Assembly (NCBI GenBank): GCA_965215195.1
Contig: CBDCDC010000002.1
Location: forward strand, 1,184,001-1,248,000
Reading direction: 5' to 3'
Source of the DNA: Candidatus Latescibacterota bacterium
Lineage (GTDB): Bacteria; Latescibacterota; UBA2968; UBA8231
DNA: 64,000 nucleotides
A model generated the notes under the pieces. The model was not told the DNA's origin. It ran no database searches and was given only the letters and a program-made list of their open reading frames with translations. The position numbers and the translations under genes are program-made. Below, in pieces: positions 29,541-39,489 of the stretch (its first letter is position 1; every line of letters begins with the position of its first letter).

Positions 29541-30797
29541 ATGTTAATCGTCCACAGTGCCTTAGGCTACTGCGTTCTCCTCGCCATCGCCTATTTCAGC
29601 GGCCGCCGCACCCGCTCCATTCCCTATAAAACCATCGGCGTGGCCACGGTGCTCCAGCTCCTGCTGGCCGCCATCCTGCTACAACCCGCCATCCGCTCGC
29701 TGGTGTTTGCCTTCGCCAGCAACTTGACGTCCCTGCTCAAAAAAACCGCGCTTACGGCCAATGAGTCGCTGCTGTTTAGCGGCGTGAGCGCCGAGTCGTT
29801 TGCCCGCGAGCACGGGCCGGTCGTCGCCCTCGAAATCGCGGCGATCCTCGTCTTTGTGGCCGCGCTTTCGCGCGTACTCTACCACTATCGGCTCCTGCCT
29901 TGGATCATCGCCCGGCTCAGCCGGTTCATGCAGAAGTCCATGGGCATCAGCTCGGCCGAGAGCGTCGGCATGACCGGCAATATCTTCCTTGGCATGACCG
30001 AAGCCCCGCTCCTGATCCGCCCCTACGTGGCCCGCCTCACCGAAAGCGAGCTGTTGTGCCTGATGATCGGCGGCATGGCCACGATTGCCGGCACCGTGAT
30101 GACCATCTACGCGACCATGCTCGGGGCGATCCACCCGGATATTGCCGGGCACCTCCTCGTCGCTTCGCTGATCAGCGCGCCGGCCGCCATCGCCGTATCT
30201 AAGCTCATGCTCCCGGAAACGGAACGAGCGGAAACGGCCCACGCAAAGGTGGAGCTGCCCCCTAGGGACACCCTCAACGGCCTCGATGCGGCCGCCCGCG
30301 GCGCGGCCGAGGGCATGCATTTGGTGCTCAACATCCTCGCCATGCTCATCGCCTTCCTCGGCCTAGTGGCCTTGGTCAACTACGGCCTGAGCTATCTCGA
30401 CGCCCTGTTCAACGGCACGCCAAGTGGCTGGAGCTTACAAACCATAGCCGGCGTCCTCTTTCACCCCCTGACGTGGTTGATGGGCATTCCTTGGGCAGAA
30501 GCGCGCCTCGTCGGCCAACTCATGGGCCTGAAGACTATTCTCAACGAGTTCGTCGCGTACCTAGCGCTCGCCCAGCAGATGGAAGGCAACGCCGCTTTGA
30601 GCACGCGCTCGTTCATCATCGCCACGTACGCCCTGTGTGGCTTTGCCAACTTTGGCTCGGTGGCCATTATGATCGGCGGCATCGGCGGCATCGCGCCCGA
30701 GCGGCGCGGTGACCTAGCGCGCTTGGGGCTGCGCTCGCTGGTGGGCGGTACGCTCGCGACCATGGCGACTGGCTGCGTGATTGGGCTATACCTGTGA
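29541..30797 (+). CDS. Concentrative nucleoside transporter (NupC family)
   Basis: NIFLGMTEAPLLIRPY, GGMATIAG, NEFVAY, YALCGFANFGS. Confidence 0.93.
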   Translation: MLIVHSALGYCVLLAIAYFSGRRTRSIPYKTIGVATVLQLLLAAILLQPAIRSLVFAFASNLTSLLKKTALTANESLLFSGVSAESFAREHGPVVALEIAAILVFVAALSRVLYHYRLLPWIIARLSRFMQKSMGISSAESVGMTGNIFLGMTEAPLLIRPYVARLTESELLCLMIGGMATIAGTVMTIYATMLGAIHPDIAGHLLVASLISAPAAIAVSKLMLPETERAETAHAKVELPPRDTLNGLDAAARGAAEGMHLVLNILAMLIAFLGLVALVNYGLSYLDALFNGTPSGWSLQTIAGVLFHPLTWLMGIPWAEARLVGQLMGLKTILNEFVAYLALAQQMEGNAALSTRSFIIATYALCGFANFGSVAIMIGGIGGIAPERRGDLARLGLRSLVGGTLATMATGCVIGLYL

Positions 30798-30849
30798 AAC
30801 TCAGTGGCACTTCGGGCGTTACTTACTATCTAGCTGAAACGAAAAGCAG

Positions 30850-31101
30850 ATGAGCAGAAAAAAGACGACCTATCGCGCCCGTTTCGACGGCCACCGGCGG
30901 CTCGCGGCCGCGGTCATCATCCAAGCCGTCAAAGATGTGCAGACCGCGGATTGCAATCAGGAACGGCAGACGGCTATCGACTTCCTCTCAGGGGACATGT
31001 GGCCCTTTTCCGACGTGCTCGACCTGCCTTTAGACGGTCGCGCCCTCTGCGAGTACCTACGCACTATGGAGCTCGCTTCCACCGACCCCCCCCTCAACTG
31101 A
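30850..31101 (+). CDS. Small hypothetical protein
   Basis: 83-aa ORF filling the gap on the co-directional strand. Confidence 0.55.
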   Translation: MSRKKTTYRARFDGHRRLAAAVIIQAVKDVQTADCNQERQTAIDFLSGDMWPFSDVLDLPLDGRALCEYLRTMELASTDPPLN

Positions 31102-31135
31102 CCCCGCGGTGCATATAACCCGGAGACGATTCCTC

Positions 31136-31948
31136 ATGGAACTTTCGCCCGCGCAGATTCGCTTCTTCAAGGCCTTCGGCTATCTCTACTTCCCGCAGCT
31201 TTTTGCCCCCGACGAGATCGCCTCGATCACCGAGGAATTTGAGCTTTCCATCCAAGCCCACGGCAACGGCACTCAACACGACGGCAGCAAGCGCACCATG
31301 TTCGGCGGCCCCATCGAGCACCGCGAGCGGCTTTGCACCCTCATAGACGACGAGCGCATCGTCGCAATCTGCAACGGCGTCCTCGGCGCGAACTTCAACT
31401 ACGCCAGCGGCGACGGCAACTACTACAGCGGCGATACCGGCTGGCACCCCGATGGCAATTGGGGCCAGCTTTTCTCGGTCAAAATCGCCTTCTACTTAGA
31501 CGAGCTAACCCGCGACACCGGCTGCCTGCGCGTGCTCCCCGGCAGTCACCACCCCAACCACTTCGTCCGCGCCGAGGGCATTGACCTCAACAAATCCATG
31601 GAGCTGTTCGGGGTCCAGCCACGCGATGTCCCCGGCAACCTCGCGCTCGAGACGACCCCCGGCGACCTCGTCATCTTCAACCACGACCTCTACCACGCCT
31701 CCTTCGGCGGCGACCAGCGGCGGCGCATGTTTACCATGAACCTCACCCGCCCCTGCACCAGCGATGCCGACCGAGCCACCCTCGAGGACTATCTCCGCCG
31801 GCACTCTCCCGGCGGCTACCAAGTCGCCACCGGCGGCGGCATGTTCTATCCCACCATGCTCGATACGGCCGGCCCGGAGCGCATGGTTCACCTGCGCCAA
31901 TGCGCCGAAGTCCACGACGAGCTCTTCCCGGAGCTGGCGCGGCATTGA
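31136..31948 (+). CDS. Phytanoyl-CoA dioxygenase family enzyme
   Basis: WHPD, GCLRVLPGSH, PGDLVIFNHDLYHAS...RRMF. Confidence 0.88.
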   Translation: MELSPAQIRFFKAFGYLYFPQLFAPDEIASITEEFELSIQAHGNGTQHDGSKRTMFGGPIEHRERLCTLIDDERIVAICNGVLGANFNYASGDGNYYSGDTGWHPDGNWGQLFSVKIAFYLDELTRDTGCLRVLPGSHHPNHFVRAEGIDLNKSMELFGVQPRDVPGNLALETTPGDLVIFNHDLYHASFGGDQRRRMFTMNLTRPCTSDADRATLEDYLRRHSPGGYQVATGGGMFYPTMLDTAGPERMVHLRQCAEVHDELFPELARH

Positions 31949-31956
31949 CGGCCAGC

Positions 31957-31990
31957 CCACCTGTGCAGATATTCCACCTGTGCAGATATT
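31957..31990 (+). repeat. Perfect 17-bp tandem duplication just upstream of the tRNA
   Basis: ccacctgtgcagatatt x2. Confidence 0.9.
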
Positions 31991-31996
31991 TTCTCT

Positions 31997-32072
<76 letters not shown>

Positions 32073-32081
32073 TCTTTGCCG

Positions 32082-32114
32082 AGGGGTTGCGGACGCTGTT
32101 TCCGCAACCCCTTT
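32082..32114 (+). terminator. Hairpin terminator after the tRNA
   Basis: aggggttgcgga / tccgcaacccct 12-bp stem, short T tract. Confidence 0.7.
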
Positions 32115-32152
32115 GGCTGCGATTCGCGCCTTCCCATCGCCTAGTCCCATCC

Positions 32153-32181
32153 TTGACATTTCGCGGTTCAGAGCATAAAAT
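32153..32181 (+). promoter_or_regulatory. sigma70 promoter of the TPR-efp-accBC-gcvH operon
   Basis: TTGACA-17-TAAAAT. Confidence 0.7.
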
Positions 32182-32225
32182 AGCCTCTCGTTTCAGCCGC
32201 CTTAGCACCTCCCATTCCTATCGCC

Positions 32226-33110
32226 ATGGCCGACTCCATAGCCAAACTGGAAAAAGCATTCCGACGCGATCCGGATTCCCCGCGCTTTGCGCGCCTCGCC
32301 GATCTCTATCTCAAGCGCGGGCGCATTGAGCGCGCCCTCGAGCTGTGCCAACAGGGCTGTGCGAGTTTTCCCGATTACGCCACCGGCTTTATCGTCCTCA
32401 GCAAGTGCCATGAAAAACAAGGGGCCTTAGAAGAAGCGCACGAGGCCATGGGGCAAGCCCTGCGGCTCGATCCGGAAAACCCCGGCGGGTACAAGCACCT
32501 CGCTCACCTCGCTGCGCAGCTCGGGGTCGCGCCGCTGGCCTTGCAAAGCCTGCGCCAAGCCGCGTACCTCGACCCTTTCGACGCCTCCCTAGCAGAGCAG
32601 ATCGACCACTTCAGCAGCCAAATCCACCAAGCCGCGCCCGAACCCGAAGAGTTCGCCGCCAGCGCGGCCCCACAGGCCCCCGATGCCGAAGCCGCTCAGC
32701 CCCAAGTGCTGCCATCGCCCCGGCCGCCAGAAGAGAGCGACGACCTAGGCCGACGTGATGCGGATCCTCTTCTGCCAGTGGAACGGTCGCCCCGGCCGCC
32801 AGAAGAGAGCGACGACCTAGGCAGCGACGCGAGCAACAGCGAATTGCTCCGCCTCTTGCAGGAGATCGAAGAGGAGAAACCGGCCGAACCGGCACCCGCA
32901 CCTGAAGAGCCACCCACCCCGGCCGCCAGCGAGCCGAATGCACCGAAAAGCAAGCGCATCGCCACCATGACGCTGGCCGAGATCTACACCACTCAGGGCT
33001 TGACCCAGAAGGCGATCGAAACGTATCGCGAGCTCCTCGAACAGGAGCCAACCAACACCATCATCCGCAGCAAGTTATCTTCGCTAGAACAAAGCAGCAG
33101 CGCACACTAA
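32226..33110 (+). CDS. TPR protein with an acidic/Pro linker
   Basis: N-terminal TPRs, duplicated SPRPPEESDDLG, C-terminal TMTLAEIYTTQG. Confidence 0.8.
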   Translation: MADSIAKLEKAFRRDPDSPRFARLADLYLKRGRIERALELCQQGCASFPDYATGFIVLSKCHEKQGALEEAHEAMGQALRLDPENPGGYKHLAHLAAQLGVAPLALQSLRQAAYLDPFDASLAEQIDHFSSQIHQAAPEPEEFAASAAPQAPDAEAAQPQVLPSPRPPEESDDLGRRDADPLLPVERSPRPPEESDDLGSDASNSELLRLLQEIEEEKPAEPAPAPEEPPTPAASEPNAPKSKRIATMTLAEIYTTQGLTQKAIETYRELLEQEPTNTIIRSKLSSLEQSSSAH

Positions 33111-33120
33111 CAGGAGCGAT

Positions 33121-33678
33121 ATGGCAGACACCACGGATTTTAGAAACGGTTTTACCATGTCCCTCGACGGCGAGCTCTTCTCCATCGTCGAGTTTCAGCA
33201 CGTCAAACCGGGCAAGGGCAGCGCCTTCGTGCGCACCAAGCTCAAAAACACCAAGACAGGTGCCGTGCTCGACCGCACTTTCCGCTCGGGCGACAAAGTC
33301 GAGGCCGTCCGGCTCGAAAAGCGCCAGATGCAATACCTGTATTCCGACCAAGGGCTGTACTACTTCATGGACTTGGACACCTACGATCAGCTCCCGGTGT
33401 CCGCACAGACCGTTGGCGCGGCAAGCAACCTCCTCAAAGAAAGCGAGAACGCCTTCCTCCTCATAGCAGGCGAGGAGGTCATCGCCGTTGATCTCCCCAA
33501 TTTCGTCTCCCTTGCCGTCGCCCACACCGAACCGGGCATCAAGGGCGACACCGCCACCGGCGCGGTCAAGCCAGCTACCCTAGAGACCGGCTATGTGGTG
33601 CAAGTGCCGCTCTTTGTCAATAAGGGCGATCGGCTCAAGGTCGATACCCGCACGGGCGAATACGTAGAGCGCGTTTGA
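33121..33678 (+). CDS. efp: Elongation factor P
   Basis: HVKPGKG, KGDTAT..KPATLETG, VDTRTGEYVER. Confidence 0.97.
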   Translation: MADTTDFRNGFTMSLDGELFSIVEFQHVKPGKGSAFVRTKLKNTKTGAVLDRTFRSGDKVEAVRLEKRQMQYLYSDQGLYYFMDLDTYDQLPVSAQTVGAASNLLKESENAFLLIAGEEVIAVDLPNFVSLAVAHTEPGIKGDTATGAVKPATLETGYVVQVPLFVNKGDRLKVDTRTGEYVERV

Positions 33679-33696
33679 GAAAGGACGACCCCTCCT

Positions 33697-34158
33697 GTGA
33701 ACGAAGGCAAGCTCCGCAAACTGCTAGAGCTTTTCCACGATAGCGACATAGAAGAGTTAGAGATCCACAATAGCTTCTGGCACGGTACGCGCATTCGCCT
33801 GACCCGCAGCCGTGCGCCTTCACCCGTGGCGCCCGCCGCGCCCATGCCCATCGCGCCCGCGCCCGCCGCGCCCGCCGCACCCACTGAGCCAGCGCCTACC
33901 GAAAAGACCGACGACGGCCTGCACGAGGTCCTCTCGCCCATGGTCGGCACGTTCTACCGGGGCCCCTCGCCCGAGGCCGATCCCTTTGTGCGCGAGGGGC
34001 AGCGCGTCGAAAGCGGCCAGACCCTCTGCATCATTGAAGCCATGAAGATCATGAACGAGATTCCAGCGGATATCCAAGGCGAAGTAGTCGAGATCCTCGT
34101 CGGCGACGCCCAGCCTGTTGAGTACAATCAAACCCTGTTCAAAATTCGCCCCAGCTAA
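33697..34158 (+). CDS. accB: Biotin carboxyl carrier protein
   Basis: [17 protein letters not shown]. Confidence 0.96.
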   Translation: MNEGKLRKLLELFHDSDIEELEIHNSFWHGTRIRLTRSRAPSPVAPAAPMPIAPAPAAPAAPTEPAPTEKTDDGLHEVLSPMVGTFYRGPSPEADPFVREGQRVESGQTLCIIEAMKIMNEIPADIQGEVVEILVGDAQPVEYNQTLFKIRPS

Positions 34159-34165
34159 GATAGCT

Positions 34166-35512
34166 GTGTTCGAGAAGGTCCTCATCGCCGACCGCGGCGA
34201 AATCGCGTTGCGCATCATCCGCGCCTGCCAAGAGATGGGCATCGCGACCGTGGCCGTCCACTCCCAAGCCGACACCCGCTCCCTGCACGTGTCTTTTGCC
34301 GACGAGGACGTCTGCATCGGACCGGCCGCCGGCAAGGACAGCTACCGCAACGTCGTCAATATCATCAGCGCCGCCGAACTGACCAACGCCGACGCGATCC
34401 ACCCCGGCTACGGCCCCTTGGCCGAAAACGCCGATTTCTCCGAAATCTGCGCTGATTGCGGCATCCAGTTCATCGGCCCGCCAACTGGGGCCATCCGCAA
34501 AATGGGCGACAAGGCCGTCGCCCGGCACACCATGCAGGAGGCCGGCGTACCCGTAGTGCCCGGCAGCGAGGGCGCGCTCCAGTCGCTAGACGAGGCCCGT
34601 CAATGGGCAAAAAAAATCGGCTTCCCCCTGCGCCTCAAGGCCTCCGCGGGCGGCGGCGGGCGCGGTATGCGGGTCGTCCGCGCCATGGATGAACTAGAGG
34701 AAGCCTATCAGATGGCGCGCCGCGAAGCGCGCACCGCCTTTACCAGCGACGCCGTGTACATGGAGCGCTCCATCGAAGCGGCGCGCCACATCGAAATCCA
34801 AGTCCTCGGCGACCAGCACGGGCACCTCGTCCACCTTGGCGAGCGCGAGTGCTCCATCCAGCGTCGGCACCAGAAGCTCTTGGAAGAAAGCCCCTCGCCA
34901 GTAGTTGACGCCGACCTGCGCCAGCGGCTCGGGGAGTCCGCCCTCGCCGGAGCAGCGGCCGTCGGCTACTACAGCACCGGCACCATCGAATTCCTCGTCG
35001 ATTCAGACTACAACTTCTACTTCATGGAGATGAACACCCGCATCCAAGTCGAACACCCGGTCACCGAGATGGTCACCGGCATCGACTTAGTCGAGGAACA
35101 GCTCCGCATTGCGGCCGGCGAATCCCTGCGTTTTGGCCCAGAGGACATCCAGCTCAAAGGGCACGCCATTGAATGCCGGATCAACGCCGAGGACCCCGCG
35201 CGCAACTTCATCCCCTCTTCGGGCATTATCGCGGCCCTCCACCTGCCGGGCGGCCCCGGCGTCCGCATCGACAGCCACATCTACCAAGGCTACGAGATTC
35301 CTCCGTACTACGACTCCCTGCTGGCCAAAGTCATCGCCTACGGCCCCAACCGCCAAGGTGCCATGGCGCGGATGCGTCGCGTCTTAGGCGAATGCACCAT
35401 AGAAGGCGTGGCCACCACCCTGCCCTTTCACCAAACCCTGCTCAACGAACCCGACTTTATCGCCGGGCAGTTCGACACCAGCTACGTGGCCAACGCGGAG
35501 CGGTCGTCTTAA
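34166..35512 (+). CDS. accC: Biotin carboxylase
   Basis: [40 protein letters not shown]. Confidence 0.96.
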   Translation: MFEKVLIADRGEIALRIIRACQEMGIATVAVHSQADTRSLHVSFADEDVCIGPAAGKDSYRNVVNIISAAELTNADAIHPGYGPLAENADFSEICADCGIQFIGPPTGAIRKMGDKAVARHTMQEAGVPVVPGSEGALQSLDEARQWAKKIGFPLRLKASAGGGGRGMRVVRAMDELEEAYQMARREARTAFTSDAVYMERSIEAARHIEIQVLGDQHGHLVHLGERECSIQRRHQKLLEESPSPVVDADLRQRLGESALAGAAAVGYYSTGTIEFLVDSDYNFYFMEMNTRIQVEHPVTEMVTGIDLVEEQLRIAAGESLRFGPEDIQLKGHAIECRINAEDPARNFIPSSGIIAALHLPGGPGVRIDSHIYQGYEIPPYYDSLLAKVIAYGPNRQGAMARMRRVLGECTIEGVATTLPFHQTLLNEPDFIAGQFDTSYVANAERSS

Positions 35513-35531
35513 GCAAGCACGAGAGGCGATT

Positions 35532-35918
35532 ATGAGCCAGATCCCCGCGCACTTGCTCTATTCGGAAAGCCACGAATGGCTTCAGCTAGAAAGCGACATC
35601 GCCACCATCGGCATTACAGATTTCGCGCAAACCGAATTGGGAGATATAGTATTCGCCGAGTTGCCCGAGGTCGGCGAACACCTCGAAAAGGGCCAAACCT
35701 TTGGCACACTCGAGGCAGTTAAGACCGTCGCCGACCTCATCGCCCCGGCTTCCGGCGAGGTGCTAGAAGCCAACGACAGCCTCGCGGAAGGGGCCGAACA
35801 GCTCAACGAAGACCCCTACGGCGGCGGTTGGCTGCTCAAGATCCGCATCGACGACGCTGCGGACTTGGAGTACTTGCTTAGCGCCCAAGACTACGCCGAC
35901 CTGCTCGGAGACCGCTGA
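35532..35918 (+). CDS. gcvH: Glycine cleavage H protein
   Basis: HEW..GITDFAQTELGD, EAVK lipoyl site, DPYGGGW. Confidence 0.95.
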   Translation: MSQIPAHLLYSESHEWLQLESDIATIGITDFAQTELGDIVFAELPEVGEHLEKGQTFGTLEAVKTVADLIAPASGEVLEANDSLAEGAEQLNEDPYGGGWLLKIRIDDAADLEYLLSAQDYADLLGDR

Positions 35919-35953
35919 CCTTGCGCTTGTTCGCTGTAAGTACGCTTTTTATA

Positions 35954-36010
35954 AAATTGGGAATTGAGCGCGACGAGCACACCTTGTTCGCAGTTCCCAA
36001 TTCCCAATTT
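35954..36010. repeat. Intergenic hairpin with a perfect 13-bp inverted repeat
   Basis: aaattgggaattg ... caattcccaattt with a partly paired interior. Confidence 0.75.
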
Positions 36011-36060
36011 CTAAGGTTGGAATATGCCAAAAGTAGCTTAAATTTAATTGGCTCTACACC

Positions 36061-36576
36061 GTGGATAGACCCTTGCTAAAAAGAACCGTACTCGTTCTCA
36101 ACCAAAACTACGAGCCCCTGAGCGTATGCAGTGTGCGCCGGGCCTTGTTGCTGATTTTGCGCGGCAAGGCCGAAGCCGTCGAAAAGATGAGCGAGGTAAT
36201 CCATTCGGTCTCCCAAGCTTATCCGGTGCCCAGCGTCGTCCGCCTCGGGCGCTACATCCGCGCGCCGCGCCGGCGGGTCGTGCTTTCCAAGCGCAATATC
36301 CTCAAGCGCGACAACCACCAGTGCCAGTACTGCGGCAGCAAAGACGGCAAGCTGACGGTCGATCACATCGTGCCGCGCACCAAAGGGGGCCAAGGGACTT
36401 GGGAAAACCTCGTCTGCGCCTGCACCCTGTGCAACAACAAGAAGGGCGAACACCGGCCCGAGCAGGTCGGCCTCGCGCTGCGCAGCAAACCCAAGCGTCC
36501 CAACAACGTCAGCTTCATCCGCAACTTCGTCGGCATCGACGATCAGTGCTGGAAACCGTATCTTTTTATGGACTGA
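36061..36576 (+). CDS. HNH endonuclease (McrA-like)
   Basis: VLVLNQNYEPL, RDNHQCQYCG..LTVDHIVPR..WENLVCAC..CNNKK. Confidence 0.92.
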   Translation: MDRPLLKRTVLVLNQNYEPLSVCSVRRALLLILRGKAEAVEKMSEVIHSVSQAYPVPSVVRLGRYIRAPRRRVVLSKRNILKRDNHQCQYCGSKDGKLTVDHIVPRTKGGQGTWENLVCACTLCNNKKGEHRPEQVGLALRSKPKRPNNVSFIRNFVGIDDQCWKPYLFMD

Positions 36577-36589
36577 AGCAGGCGCTCTC

Positions 36590-37351
36590 ATGCAACGCGA
36601 CGCCATGGAACCAGAAGAGGCTGCTCTCTACGAAGTCAAGCTCGACGTCTTTGAAGGTCCGATGGACCTGTTGCTCTATCTAATACGCAAAGACGAGTTG
36701 GACATCTACGACATTCCCATCGCCCACATCACCACCCAGTACTTGGGCTTCTTGCAACACATCCACCAACTCGACATCGAACAGGCCAGCGACTTCATCC
36801 TCATGGCGGCCACTCTGCTGCGGATCAAGTCGCAGATGATGCTGCCCCGCGAGGAACTCGATCTCGACGGCGACGCCGAGGAAGACCCAAAGGCCGAGTT
36901 GGTCCGTCGCCTGCTGGAATACCAGCAATTTAAGGACATTGCCGACTGGCTGGGCGTGCGCAAAAACGAGCGGCGCGACGTGTACCTGCGCCGTCAAGGG
37001 CCTAACGACAGCGTCGAGGAGTCGGCCCAGCTGCGGCCCGTATCGCTCTTCGACCTACTAGTCGTGTACAAGCACGTGCTCGACACTGTGCCCGAAAACC
37101 TAGTACACCAAATCGTCGAAGAAGAAGTCTCGGTCGCCGAGTGCATCGACTATCTGTTGGCGGTGCTCGCGCGGTGCTCGCGCATCAGCTTCATGGACCT
37201 GCTCCAAGGCCGCGACCGCCAAGCCTTAATCGCCACCTTCGTCGGGGTCCTAGAACTGCTCAAATCGCAGCGCGTCCGCGTACAGCAGGCGCGGCCCTTC
37301 GACGAGATCTGGATCGAACAATCACCACGCCAACCGACCGCAGTGCCGTGA
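36590..37351 (+). CDS. scpA: Segregation and condensation protein A
   Basis: FEGPMDLLLYLI, F..MAATLL.IKS..LP. Confidence 0.94.
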   Translation: MQRDAMEPEEAALYEVKLDVFEGPMDLLLYLIRKDELDIYDIPIAHITTQYLGFLQHIHQLDIEQASDFILMAATLLRIKSQMMLPREELDLDGDAEEDPKAELVRRLLEYQQFKDIADWLGVRKNERRDVYLRRQGPNDSVEESAQLRPVSLFDLLVVYKHVLDTVPENLVHQIVEEEVSVAECIDYLLAVLARCSRISFMDLLQGRDRQALIATFVGVLELLKSQRVRVQQARPFDEIWIEQSPRQPTAVP

Positions 37352-38004
37352 TCCGCGAACCCACAGCGGGCTCGCGCGACGTCAATCCTGCGCGGGCGCG
37401 GGCGATCATTGAGGCCATCCTGCTGACGGCGACCGAGCCGGTGACCCCCGGCCGCCTCGTCCATCTGCTCGCCGGGTACAACGGCCGCGACATCCGCGAG
37501 GCCATTGACGCGCTCAACGCCCAGTACGAAGCGGCCGGGCACGGAATCAAAGTCGTCGAACTAGCGGGCGGCTATCAGCTCGCTTCGCGCCAAGAATGCG
37601 GCCCTTGGCTGCGCAAGTATCACAAGACCGCGCGCCAAGTGCGCCTCTCGCCAGCCGGCCTCGAAGTCCTCGCCATCGTCGCCTTCAAGCAGCCAGTAAC
37701 CCGCGTCGAGATCGACAACATCCGCGGCGTTAGCTCGGCCAGCGTATTGCAAACCCTGATGGAGCTCAACATGGTCCGCCTCGCCGGCCGCTCCGACGGC
37801 ATTGGCAAGCCCATGCTCTTTGGCACGACCCGAGAGTTTTTGGTCCACTTTGGCCTGCGGGGGCTGGGCGAGTTGCCCAAACCCAAGGAATTAGAAGAAC
37901 TACTCGCCGAAGGCCAGCAGCCGACCGCAGCCCGCCAGCTTGCCTCCGAGCTGGACGAGTTGCAAAAGCAGGCCGGGGAAGGGGGGGAAGGTGAACGCTC
38001 CTGA
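37348..38004 (+). CDS. scpB: Segregation and condensation protein B
   Basis: LEVLAIVAFKQPVTR.EI..IRGV, GTTREFL.HFGL. Confidence 0.94.
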   Translation: MIREPTAGSRDVNPARARAIIEAILLTATEPVTPGRLVHLLAGYNGRDIREAIDALNAQYEAAGHGIKVVELAGGYQLASRQECGPWLRKYHKTARQVRLSPAGLEVLAIVAFKQPVTRVEIDNIRGVSSASVLQTLMELNMVRLAGRSDGIGKPMLFGTTREFLVHFGLRGLGELPKPKELEELLAEGQQPTAARQLASELDELQKQAGEGGEGERS

Positions 38005-38740
38005 GCCGCAAATGCGCCTCAACCGCTTCTTGGCTCGCTGCGGCGTGGCCTCGCGCCGCCACAGCGATGCGCTGATCCAAAGCGGCGCGGTGCGCGTCAA
38101 CGGCGCGGTCGTCGCCGAGCCGGGGCGAGTGGTCGCAGTGCGTGCCGACCGGGTCGAATGCCGCGGCCGCGTCGTCGCCCTGCCCGGCCAGTACGAATAC
38201 GTGCTTTTGCACAAACCGGCCGGGTATCTAGTCACCCGCAGCGACCCGCATGACCGGCCCACGGTCTTCGACCTCTTGCCCGGCCTCCACCCGGGCACTG
38301 TGCCCGTGGGCCGTCTCGACCTCGACACTAGCGGGCTTTTGCTGCTGACCGACGATGGTGCCCTCGGCCATCGGCTGCTGCACCCGCGCTTTGTCGTCGC
38401 CAAGCGCTACGAGGCCGTCGTCAGCGGCGACCCGCACGAGGACCAACTCGACCGGCTGCGCGAGGGCATCGCGCTCGGCGACGGACCCACAGCACCGGCT
38501 CAGGTCCAGGTCGAGGAGCGCTGGAGCAGCGATTGGGATAAGCAGACGCGACTGACCCTTTGCATTCACGAGGGGCGCAAGCGCCAAGTCCGCCGCATGC
38601 TGCGCGCCATTGGCTACCCGGTGCGGCAATTGACGCGGGTCGAATTTGCCGGGCTGACCCTCGGTCCGCTCACCGCTGGCCAGCACCGCCGCCTCAGCCC
38701 CGGGGAGGTCCGCGGCCTCAAAGCCGAGGTGGGCTTGTGA
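37991..38740 (+). CDS. rluB: rRNA pseudouridine synthase (RluB/RsuA family)
   Basis: S4 domain RLNRFLA.CGVASRR, GRLDLDTSGLLLLT, EGRKRQVRRM; scpAB context. Confidence 0.85.
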   Translation: MNAPEPQMRLNRFLARCGVASRRHSDALIQSGAVRVNGAVVAEPGRVVAVRADRVECRGRVVALPGQYEYVLLHKPAGYLVTRSDPHDRPTVFDLLPGLHPGTVPVGRLDLDTSGLLLLTDDGALGHRLLHPRFVVAKRYEAVVSGDPHEDQLDRLREGIALGDGPTAPAQVQVEERWSSDWDKQTRLTLCIHEGRKRQVRRMLRAIGYPVRQLTRVEFAGLTLGPLTAGQHRRLSPGEVRGLKAEVGL

Positions 38741-39408
38741 AGCGGCGCGGCCTAGTCATCGCCATCGACGGCACCGTCGGGGCCGGCAAGACGACCACGG
38801 CGCGGCGGGTGGCCCAGCGGCTGGGCTATCGCCACCTCGACACCGGGGCCATGTACCGGGCCGCGACCTTAGCGGCGATCCGGCGCGGGGTGGCACCCGA
38901 GGACGAAGACGCGCTAAAGGCCCTATTGGCGACCTCGACCATAGATTTGGACTCTGGCCGGGGGCGCGTCCTGCTCAACGGACAGGACATAAGCGACGCG
39001 ATTCGCCGACCCGAGATCACCCGCCGGGCGGGCGCGTACGCAGATGTGCCGTTGGTGCGCCGCTCCCTAGTCGCCCAGCAGCAGCGCTTGGGTCAGGGGG
39101 GCGGCATAGTTGCCGAAGGGCGCGACATGGCCGCGGTGGTCTTTCCCAACGCCGAGCTAAAAATCGCCTTGGTGGCCGACCTCGATGAGCGCGCCGGCCG
39201 CCGGCATCGGGAATTGACTGCCAAAGGAATGTGCATCACATTGGAGCAAGTCCGCTCCGACATTCAAACTCGAGATCGGGAAGACGCCGCGCGCGACTAC
39301 GGAGGCGCGTACGCGGCGGCCGAGATCGTCGAGATCGACACGACCCGCATGACTTTGCAAGACCAAGTCGACTGCGTCGTCGCATTGGCCCGCCAACGCG
39401 GCGCCTAA
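38737..39408 (+). CDS. cmk: Cytidylate kinase
   Basis: IAIDG..GAGKTT, LDTGAMYR, EGRD. Confidence 0.95.
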   Translation: MKRRGLVIAIDGTVGAGKTTTARRVAQRLGYRHLDTGAMYRAATLAAIRRGVAPEDEDALKALLATSTIDLDSGRGRVLLNGQDISDAIRRPEITRRAGAYADVPLVRRSLVAQQQRLGQGGGIVAEGRDMAAVVFPNAELKIALVADLDERAGRRHRELTAKGMCITLEQVRSDIQTRDREDAARDYGGAYAAAEIVEIDTTRMTLQDQVDCVVALARQRGA

Positions 39409-39489
39409 CGCTGGCGCGGAGAGGCCGCGCCCGTATCACACCAAGCGAAGTGCGCGCTTCGCCTTAACCTTTTTGAGGATTTGCGCAAC

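Noticed and set aside
34166-34210. AccC ADRGEIA instead of the usual ANRGEIA
   Set aside because: A single substitution with all other catalytic motifs intact; no basis for a functional claim.
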